Positions 24,617 through 31,483 of a DNA stretch of 31,483 nucleotides are shown in pieces (position 1 is the first letter of the stretch; each line of letters begins with the position of its first letter). The notes under the pieces were generated by a model that ran no database searches, had not been told where the DNA came from, and saw nothing but the letters and a program-made list of their open reading frames with translations. The stretch is from a virus (taxonomy: Duplodnaviria > Caudoviricetes), in IMG/VR virus record IMGVR_UViG_3300034388_000009, positions 1-31,483 of that record; one strand, written 5' to 3'. A program made the position numbers and the translations under genes.

Positions 24617-25072
24617 ATGGCTCTCATTGACAAGCTCCTCGAATTCTGCGACGCCACCGCCCTCAACACCGGCGCTGCTGGCACCTACCTGATCGGATCC
24701 CAGGTCGATCTCCAGGCCGCTGGCATCAACATCGGCGTCGGCCACCCCACCGTCTACTTGGTCGTGCGCTGCACCACCGACGTGACCGTGACGACCACCA
24801 CCGGCACGCTCGCCATCAAGCTCGCGAGCGACGACAGCGCAGCGATCCACACCTCGACCTCCACCGTCCACCTCGTGTCCGCTACCTTCACCGGTACCGG
24901 CGTGGACGCTGGTGACGCGATCTTCGTGGGCGCTCTGCCGGTCGACGACACGTACGAGCGTTACCTCGGCATCCTCCAGGTGACCGGCACCGAAGCCCTC
25001 ACCGCCGGGAACATCGACGCGTACCTCACCCTCAACCCGCCCAGCTGGAAGGCGTACCCCGACGCCCTGTAA
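24617..25072 (+). CDS. Capsid cement/decoration protein (Bbp16-like)
   Basis: MALIDKLLEFCD...VDL...LYLVV-like strand...YERYLGI...LTAGNIDAYLT pattern; follows the capsid gene with TAAGGAG RBS. Confidence 0.8.
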   Translation: MALIDKLLEFCDATALNTGAAGTYLIGSQVDLQAAGINIGVGHPTVYLVVRCTTDVTVTTTTGTLAIKLASDDSAAIHTSTSTVHLVSATFTGTGVDAGDAIFVGALPVDDTYERYLGILQVTGTEALTAGNIDAYLTLNPPSWKAYPDAL

Positions 25073-25084
25073 GTTGAGCCAACA

Positions 25085-25115
25085 GGGGAGCGGCTAACCA
25101 CCGCTCCCCACCTTT
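25085..25115 (+). terminator. Hairpin/weak terminator after the capsid genes
   Basis: GGGGAGCGG-ctaacca-CCGCTCCCC, a 9-bp stem followed by ACCTTT. Confidence 0.55.
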
Positions 25116-25128
25116 ACGGAGCACCGTC

Positions 25129-25392
25129 ATGAAGAAGGTGATCGCAATCAAGGACGGCTTCTACGACGGTGTGCGCCGTCGCGCTGGCGAGACCTTCAAG
25201 GTCAGCGACCACACCACCGGCAAGTGGTTCGTCGAGCCCGAGAAGTTCGTCGCCCCGCCCCCGAAGCCCGACTTCGACCTGGAGCGCCAGGGCGCGAAGC
25301 AGGCCGCTCAGAGCTTCGTCACGCTGATGAAGCAGCCCACCATGACCTCGGTCAACGAGCCCGAGATCAAGAAGCCTTCCAACAAGAAGTAG
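25129..25392 (+). CDS. Hypothetical virion-module protein (87 aa)
   Basis: GGAG RBS; KVIAIKDGFYDGVRRRAGETF...KWF N-terminal motif. Confidence 0.75.
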   Translation: MKKVIAIKDGFYDGVRRRAGETFKVSDHTTGKWFVEPEKFVAPPPKPDFDLERQGAKQAAQSFVTLMKQPTMTSVNEPEIKKPSNKK

Positions 25393-25413
25393 CATCTTCA
25401 ACAAGGAGCCGAC

Positions 25414-26235
25414 ATGGCCACCACCGCTTCCTTCACCGATGTCGGCGTCGGCCCCTTGCTGGGTCTCGCTGTCGGTGACACGTTCGACTACGTCGTCAGC
25501 AGCACGTTCGACGGCACATGGGTGCTTGAGTCCAGCAACAGCTCTGGCGCTTCCTGGACCCAGGTCGCCACCGGCACCGCAGCTGGCACCGGCACCGTGA
25601 TCGTTGAAGGTCACGACAAATACTACCGCTTCCGCTGCAGCGTCTACACGTCCGGCACCATCACGACCCGCATGGCCGTGAAGGCCGATTCGGCGGTCGT
25701 CGCGTCTGGGGCTGGAGCTGTGGTCGAGGCCCTCGCGCCCTACGTCCGAGCGGTCGAGTCCGGCGACGTCGTGAAGCAGACCCTGCTCACGCTGACAGAC
25801 CTCCCGCAGGCGCTGCCCAACGCCACGCAGTACGTGGGCACCAAGCTGTACGACTTCCCCGAGGGTCGGATCCTGGTGCTCGGTGTGACGGCCACCCTGC
25901 AGGAGACCACCCGGTCTGCCATCGCCAGCACTCTCAACGGGGGCAAGACCGGCGCTGCGTCCCTGGGCACTGCTACCGCCAGCTCCACCACCCTGAACAG
26001 CACGATGGCTGACCTGCTGCCCAGCACCGCGTGGGTGTCCTCCGCCACCATCGACGTGGCTGGTACCGCCGTGACCGGCGCGCTTGCGGCTTCGGCTCAC
26101 TTCGATGGGACCGGCACCGCGAAGGATCTGTACCTCAACGCCGCTGTGGTCACCGACGGCGACGTCGACGCCGACGCCGACATCTCCTGGAGCGGCAGCA
26201 TCCGCATCACCTGGATCAACCTGGGCGACCTCTAA
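25414..26235 (+). CDS. Putative structural/decoration protein (273 aa, beta-rich)
   Basis: AAGGAG RBS; Thr/Ala/Gly-rich; lies between capsid and tail genes. Confidence 0.7.
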   Translation: MATTASFTDVGVGPLLGLAVGDTFDYVVSSTFDGTWVLESSNSSGASWTQVATGTAAGTGTVIVEGHDKYYRFRCSVYTSGTITTRMAVKADSAVVASGAGAVVEALAPYVRAVESGDVVKQTLLTLTDLPQALPNATQYVGTKLYDFPEGRILVLGVTATLQETTRSAIASTLNGGKTGAASLGTATASSTTLNSTMADLLPSTAWVSSATIDVAGTAVTGALAASAHFDGTGTAKDLYLNAAVVTDGDVDADADISWSGSIRITWINLGDL

Positions 26236-26244
26236 GGAGTTCAC

Positions 26245-26877
26245 ATGGCTGCTGAGGTCGACATCTACAACATCGCACTCGCGCGCATCGGCGTCTTCGA
26301 GACGGCGATCCAGGACGTCAACGAGGCAAGCAAGGCCGCGAACGTGTGCCGCATGTTCTTCGACAGCATCCGCGACTACGTGCTGGAGGACTTCCCTTGG
26401 CCCTTCGCCGAGAAGCGGGTGTTGCTGGCCGACCTCGGCACGCCTCCCACGAACTGGGACTACAAGTACGCCTACCCTGCCGACTGCCTCAGCGCGAAGT
26501 ACATCGCGGTCGAGGGCGCTCGCAATCCTCGCGACACGCAGAAGATCCCGTTCCGCATCGCCAACGACGCGGACGTGAAGGTCATCCTCTGCGACTGGCC
26601 GGACGCTGAGCTGGTCTACACCGCGCAGGTCACCGACCTCAACCTGTGGACCAACTGCGCGAGGTCTGCACTGGCCTACCGTCTGGCCGCTGAGATCGCG
26701 ATGCCGATGTCCGTGAAGCCCGACATCGCGAACTCCGCGATGAACGGCTACTACCGCGAGAAGAGCATCGCCGCAGCGAACACGATGAACGAGGGCCAGC
26801 CTGACGCGCAGCCCGAGAGCGAGTTCATCGCGATCCGTGGCACCACCAGCAACGCAGACCTCACGGGTGCCCAATGA
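26245..26877 (+). CDS. Tail tubular protein A / adaptor (T7 gp11-like)
   Basis: EVDIYNIALARIG...RDYVLEDFPWPFAEKR...WDYKYAYPADCL...ALAYRLAAEIA. Confidence 0.88.
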   Translation: MAAEVDIYNIALARIGVFETAIQDVNEASKAANVCRMFFDSIRDYVLEDFPWPFAEKRVLLADLGTPPTNWDYKYAYPADCLSAKYIAVEGARNPRDTQKIPFRIANDADVKVILCDWPDAELVYTAQVTDLNLWTNCARSALAYRLAAEIAMPMSVKPDIANSAMNGYYREKSIAAANTMNEGQPDAQPESEFIAIRGTTSNADLTGAQ

Positions 26878-29744
26878 CGATCACGCTCCAGACCTCGCTG
26901 TCCGGCGGTGAGCTGCCTCCTTCCCTCCACGGGATGGTGGATCTGGCGTGGTACAAGAACTGCCTGAAGACCTGCCGGAACTTCATCGTGCAGCCCTACG
27001 GCGGTATCAAGAACCGACCCGGCACCAAGCTCATCGCTGAGCAGAAGACGTCCTCGTCCCGTGCGCGACTGATCCCGTTCAGCTACAGCACGACCCAGAA
27101 CTACGTGCTGGAGTTCGGTGTCGGTTACATCCGCTTCATCTACGACGCGACGCAGCTCGTCTACGACGGCACCCCCACGAGCTGGCTCACCGCCACCGTG
27201 TACGCCGAGGGCGACGTCCGTCGCAACAGCGGCACCGACTACATCTGCCTCGTGGGTCACACGTCCGGCACCTTCGCGACCGACCTCGCTGCGGACAAGT
27301 GGTACGAGCTGCCGCTCAACACCGCCGGTGAGTCGATCATCGAGCTGCCCACCGACTACACTGCGGACGAGCTGCTGACGCTGAGCTACACGCAGTCCGC
27401 AGACGTGCTCACCGTCGTCCACCCTAACCACCCCCCGATGCAGCTGTCGCGGTACTCGTCCACGTCGTGGTCGTTCACCGAGCAGGAGCTGAACTACGGC
27501 CCGTTCCAGAACATCAACACCGACAGGTCCATCACCGTGTGGCCGTCGAAGAGTGCTGGCGTCATCACGCTGACCGCAAGTGCCGACCTGTTCCGAGCGA
27601 AGCACGTGGGCATGCTGTTCTACCTTGAGCAGAAGGACTTCGGAGAGTCGTGGCTGCCCGGCAAGGTCGTGACGCTCGGTCAGGTCGTGCGCTCAGGTGG
27701 CAACTACTACCGCGCGCACGCGGCTGGCACCACCGGACAGAACATCCCCATCGGCACCGAGGCCAACTGGAACGACGGAGGGGTGGACTGGGAGTACCTA
27801 CACAACGGGTTCGGTGTGGCTCGCATCGACTCGCTGACCAGCGCGAAGGTCGCCAACGCCACCGTGCTGTCGTACATGCCGCAGGGCATCACGTCTGCAG
27901 GCTATGGAGCCGCAGTCAACGTCACGAGTACGGCCGCGTACTCTGACGGCTACGCAGAGCTGACCAAGGCAGGCCACGGCCTGACCGTGGGGTCGTACGG
28001 CGTCATGCTTATCGACTGGTCGGTTGGTGGCACTCAGGTAGGCGACGATTACGCGGTCAACTACCGAGTGCTGTCCACCAGCACGATCTGGATCGACCTG
28101 CCCTCGTCCTTCGTGCTCATCGGCAACGTCACCGTCACCAGCTACAAGGCCCCGATCACCGCGAGCACGCCGTCCAGCTACAAGTGGGCGTTCGGCGCGT
28201 TCGGCGATCCCGCGCTGGGCGACGCCACCTACGGTTACGGTCCTGGCTACCCTACCGCCGTCACGTACTACCAGCAGCGGCTCTGCTTCGGGGGCACGAG
28301 CCAGCAGCCCGACACCGTGTGGATGAGCAAGACCGGCAGCTACTCCGACTTCGGCACCAGCAACCCGATCCTGGACGACGACGCCGTCACCTTCACCCTG
28401 GCGGGGAGTCAGGTCAACGCGATCAAGAGCCTGCTCCAGCTCGACAAGCTGCTCATGCTCACCAACGGTTCGGTGTGGGCCGCAGGGTCCGGCCAGCAGA
28501 CCGACGTGATCACCCCATCGAACGTGGGGGCGAAGCTGCAGAGCTACCAGGGCGTGTCCGACCTACCTCCTCTCGGCATCGGCGGGTCCGCGCTGTACGC
28601 GCAGGACAAGGCCCAGGTCGTACGCGACCTCAACTACCAGTTCGCGAACGACGCCTACACGGGGCAGAACCTCACCGCACGTGGGTCGCACTTGGTCGAC
28701 GGGTACTACTTCACTGAGTGGTGCTTCCAGCAGTCCCCCGCGAACGTGATCTGGATGTCCCGCAACGACGGCACCCTGGTCGGTCTCACCTACCTGCGTG
28801 AGCAGGAGGTCGTCGCGTGGCACCACCACGACACCGACGGCACCTTCGAGTCCGTGTGCTCGATCAGCGAGGGCCAGGAGGACGTACTCTACGTGACCGT
28901 GCTGCGCAACATCGACGGCGTGGACACTCGGTTCATCGAGCGGTTCAACACGCGCCTCGTGACCGACATCGTCGACGCATGCTTCGTGGACTGCGCGATC
29001 ACGTACGACAACACCAACGCCACAGCCACGACCATGACCCTGAGCGGCGGCACCGACTACGACAACGACGAGCTGATCACGGTCACCGCGTCGGCAGCTG
29101 CGTTCGCCTACCCAGCCACCACCGACGTCGGTGACCAGATCATCTACACCGACACCGACGGCACCGTGTACCGGGTCACCATCGTGAGCACCAGCTCCAC
29201 GACCGTCGCGACCGGCAGGCCTGACAGCGCGATCCCCGCCAGCCTGCGGTCGGCCACCGCTACGTGGTCCTGGGCGCGCAACACCCTGGCAGGTCTCGAT
29301 CACCTGGAGGGCAAGATCGTGTCCGTGCTGGCCGACGGCTACGTGCAGGCGCAGCAGGTGGTGACCGGCGGAGCGATCACGATCGACCCTCCTGCGGTCA
29401 TCGCTACGGTCGGCCTGCCGATCACCGCAGACGCGGAGACGCTGCCCATCGTCATCAACAGCTCCGAGACCATCCGTGGGAACCTCAAGCTCGTGAGCGT
29501 CCTGCGTGTGCTGGTCAACGAGACCCGTTCGGTATGGGCAGGACCTGACGAGGACCACCTGTACGAGGCCAAGACCCGCACCGTGGCCGACCAGTACGCA
29601 CAGCCCAACCTCGTCACCGGTCTCGTTGAGTTGCGTCTCGCGTCGACATGGGAGCGTAACGGTAGCGTGCTGATCAGGCACACCGACCCCACCCCCATCG
29701 GCCTCCTGGCCCTGATGCCGGAGGTGCACGTTGGCGGAGCCTAA
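26874..29744 (+). CDS. Tail tubular protein B / nozzle (T7 gp12-like)
   Basis: SLSGGELPP...NFIVQPYGGIKNRPGT...RLIPFSYS...YTQSAD...YPTAVTYYQQRLCFGG...EQEVVAWHHH...LDHLEGKIV. Confidence 0.92.
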   Translation: MTITLQTSLSGGELPPSLHGMVDLAWYKNCLKTCRNFIVQPYGGIKNRPGTKLIAEQKTSSSRARLIPFSYSTTQNYVLEFGVGYIRFIYDATQLVYDGTPTSWLTATVYAEGDVRRNSGTDYICLVGHTSGTFATDLAADKWYELPLNTAGESIIELPTDYTADELLTLSYTQSADVLTVVHPNHPPMQLSRYSSTSWSFTEQELNYGPFQNINTDRSITVWPSKSAGVITLTASADLFRAKHVGMLFYLEQKDFGESWLPGKVVTLGQVVRSGGNYYRAHAAGTTGQNIPIGTEANWNDGGVDWEYLHNGFGVARIDSLTSAKVANATVLSYMPQGITSAGYGAAVNVTSTAAYSDGYAELTKAGHGLTVGSYGVMLIDWSVGGTQVGDDYAVNYRVLSTSTIWIDLPSSFVLIGNVTVTSYKAPITASTPSSYKWAFGAFGDPALGDATYGYGPGYPTAVTYYQQRLCFGGTSQQPDTVWMSKTGSYSDFGTSNPILDDDAVTFTLAGSQVNAIKSLLQLDKLLMLTNGSVWAAGSGQQTDVITPSNVGAKLQSYQGVSDLPPLGIGGSALYAQDKAQVVRDLNYQFANDAYTGQNLTARGSHLVDGYYFTEWCFQQSPANVIWMSRNDGTLVGLTYLREQEVVAWHHHDTDGTFESVCSISEGQEDVLYVTVLRNIDGVDTRFIERFNTRLVTDIVDACFVDCAITYDNTNATATTMTLSGGTDYDNDELITVTASAAAFAYPATTDVGDQIIYTDTDGTVYRVTIVSTSSTTVATGRPDSAIPASLRSATATWSWARNTLAGLDHLEGKIVSVLADGYVQAQQVVTGGAITIDPPAVIATVGLPITADAETLPIVINSSETIRGNLKLVSVLRVLVNETRSVWAGPDEDHLYEAKTRTVADQYAQPNLVTGLVELRLASTWERNGSVLIRHTDPTPIGLLALMPEVHVGGA

Positions 29745-30204
29745 GTTCCAGGTAGTGAGCGCCACCCCTCACCTGCTCGCCTACGTCGCCGAGAACGCGC
29801 GGCAGGGCGACATCGACGAGCTGTACGCGTCGAACCTCGCCACCCCAGCGGACGCGCTTGAGTACGGCGCGAAGCACGGCAACTGCTTCGTGGCCCTGGC
29901 TGACGAGAGGCCGATCTGCGCGTTCGGGATCGTGCCCTACTCGGTGCTGAACGGCATCGGCATCCCGTGGATGGTCGGTACCGTGGACCTGGACCGCTAC
30001 GCGATGGGCTTCATCCGCCGCTGCAGGACCGACCTGAAGGGCTTCTTCGGCGAGTGGGCCATCCTGGTGAACGTCGTGGACGCGCGCAACGAAAAAGGTA
30101 TTCGCTGGCTGAGCTGGTTGGGGTTTACCATACACAGTGCGGTACCGTACGGCCCCTTCAAGATCCCGTTCCACCCGTTCTCCATGGAGGTGCGTCATGT
30201 GTAA
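29731..30204 (+). CDS. T7 gp13-like internal virion protein A (GNAT acetyltransferase-like)
   Basis: GGAGG RBS before TTG; RQGDIDEL...GIPWMVGT...LVNVVDARNEKGIRWLSWLGF. Confidence 0.82.
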   Translation: MAEPKFQVVSATPHLLAYVAENARQGDIDELYASNLATPADALEYGAKHGNCFVALADERPICAFGIVPYSVLNGIGIPWMVGTVDLDRYAMGFIRRCRTDLKGFFGEWAILVNVVDARNEKGIRWLSWLGFTIHSAVPYGPFKIPFHPFSMEVRHV

Positions 30205-30658
30205 CCCAGCTGTAGCGATGTTGGCCGTCAGCGCCTTCCAGGCCTATGGTCAGTACGAGCAGGGCAAGACCCAGAGCGAGATCGAGGAGAACAAGGCGAA
30301 GGCCCTTGAGTATCAGGCGCAGTCCGTGGCCGAGACCAGCTCGATCAACGAGATGCGCCAGAACGACGTGACCAAGCAGCAGATCGCCAAGGCCAGAGCC
30401 ATCGCTGGTGCGTCCGGCGCTGACGTCAACTCGCAGTCCACACTCAAGTCGATCGAGCAGATGGCAGTGGTGGGAGCGGAGGCAGCTCTCGACATCCGCA
30501 CACAGGGCCTGCAGCAGGCATGGGGCATCGGTCAGCAGGCCAAGGCTCAGAGGTACACGGCGAAGGCCGTGAAGCAGCAGGCCGCGTGGACCGCCGCAGG
30601 GACCGCACTCACGGGAGCCACGAAGGCTGGCAGTATGCAGGGCGGTTGGTGGACCTAG
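30197..30658 (+). CDS. Internal virion (ejection) protein, T7 gp14-like
   Basis: MCNP start, hydrophobic N-terminus, Ala/Gln-rich, ASGADVNSQS motif; GGAGG RBS. Confidence 0.8.
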   Translation: MCNPAVAMLAVSAFQAYGQYEQGKTQSEIEENKAKALEYQAQSVAETSSINEMRQNDVTKQQIAKARAIAGASGADVNSQSTLKSIEQMAVVGAEAALDIRTQGLQQAWGIGQQAKAQRYTAKAVKQQAAWTAAGTALTGATKAGSMQGGWWT

Positions 30659-30667
30659 GAGGTAGTC

Positions 30668-31483
30668 ATGGCACAGCTCCCCAAGTACGAGCCGCTGGGA
30701 CGTCAGCAGGCAGCTCCGTCAGGAGTGATGAACATCCAGGCCCCCAACCTCATCGCGCCCATCGCGCAGGCCGCAGGCGCAGCTGTTGATGCGTGGGGCA
30801 AAGAGGCCAAGCGGATCTCCGACCTGCGCGTTGAGGAGTTGAACAATCGCGCCGACGAGCAGCGAGCCCTGATCGAAGCGCAGATGGCTGGCACCAAGGG
30901 CGAGTTCGCGCTCAAGGGTGTGAATGGTGCAGAGCCATTCGAGGACCAGCGCAAGCAGTGGCTGGCGTTTCGCGAAGAGGCTCTGAAGGGCCTGCAGGAC
31001 GACTACCAGAAAGAGCAGGCTTCTCTGCTGCTGGACAAGCACACGAGCGCGCTGGTGAAGTTCGGCCTGAAGCACCAGCTGCGTGAGCAGGATGAGTGGG
31101 AAAAGCAGGTCCACTCCAACACCGCTGATCGTGCCGCTGTAAACATCACAGCCCGTCCTGACGACGTGACCAACGTCGAAGAGAACATGTCGAAGATCAG
31201 GGCTTCGGTGCTAGCGACCAACCCCGGCATCAAGGAGTCCGACCTGGACATGACCATCCTGCGAGCCCAGAGCGCGCCTGCTCTGGCAGCGTTCTCTGCA
31301 GCTGTAGCCAAGGGCCAGACCGTGGGCGACACGTTCGACCATCTATACAGCTACATGACCCCTTCGGACCAAGCGAAGGCCAAGGATCTGGTGAGCAAGG
31401 GCGACCGCGTCAACGAGTCTGCCAAGGTCGCAGACTACCTGTACCGCCCAGGTATGACGAACACCGAAGCAGTGGAGGCAGCT
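30668..31483 (+). CDS. Internal virion (ejection) protein, T7 gp15-like position; partial, runs off the window
   Basis: AGGAGG RBS, ATG 30668 (MAQLPKYEPLGRQQAAPSG...); frame open to the window end; helical Ala/Gln/Glu-rich. Confidence 0.78.
   Translation, partial: MAQLPKYEPLGRQQAAPSGVMNIQAPNLIAPIAQAAGAAVDAWGKEAKRISDLRVEELNNRADEQRALIEAQMAGTKGEFALKGVNGAEPFEDQRKQWLAFREEALKGLQDDYQKEQASLLLDKHTSALVKFGLKHQLREQDEWEKQVHSNTADRAAVNITARPDDVTNVEENMSKIRASVLATNPGIKESDLDMTILRAQSAPALAAFSAAVAKGQTVGDTFDHLYSYMTPSDQAKAKDLVSKGDRVNESAKVADYLYRPGMTNTEAVEAA

Noticed and set aside
22896-26874. Very long antisense ORFs (22896-24614, 25114-26874; likewise 7615-9426, 852-1934, 28563-29765)
   Set aside because: They are mirror frames of strongly GC3-biased real genes, which lack stops on the opposite strand; no RBS or recognisable motifs
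1-31483. Stop-codon reassignment or tRNA genes
   Set aside because: Conserved genes are full length in the standard code, TAG/TGA/TAA all end genes at sensible positions, and no cloverleaf/T-loop signature was noticed

Overview
A high-GC (roughly 65% by eye) Caudoviricetes phage segment with BPP-1-like/T7-like podovirus structural genes, most likely a circularly permuted part of one genome. From left to right it has a + strand tail fibre/tailspike and lysis block (1-4057), then a - strand early/replication block (4116-18023). That block holds a DUF6378 protein, SNF2 helicase, VRR-NUC nuclease, Cas4-like exonuclease, family A DNA polymerase, putative ssDNA-binding protein, DUF932 protein, many small ORFs, a J-domain protein, a Lys/Ala-rich protein and a primase-helicase. 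Next is an iteron-rich divergent intergenic region that looks like a P4-type origin (about 18030-18520). The + strand packaging and morphogenesis block follows (terS, terL, portal, scaffold, major capsid, cement, tail tubular A/B, internal virion proteins), truncated at the window end. I saw no integrase, repressor, reverse transcriptase, tRNA or CRISPR array. The most notable signals are: (1) an integron-type gene cassette at the convergence of the two transcription blocks, with a full attC site, a second attC half-site fused to the phage terminator, a lower-GC ORF in inverted orientation and no integrase; (2) a lysis-cassette protein with an N-terminal membrane anchor and four C-terminal beta-strands ending in Phe, a candidate reversed-topology unimolecular spanin; (3) the origin architecture. 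All family assignments are from motif recognition by eye, not from database searches.
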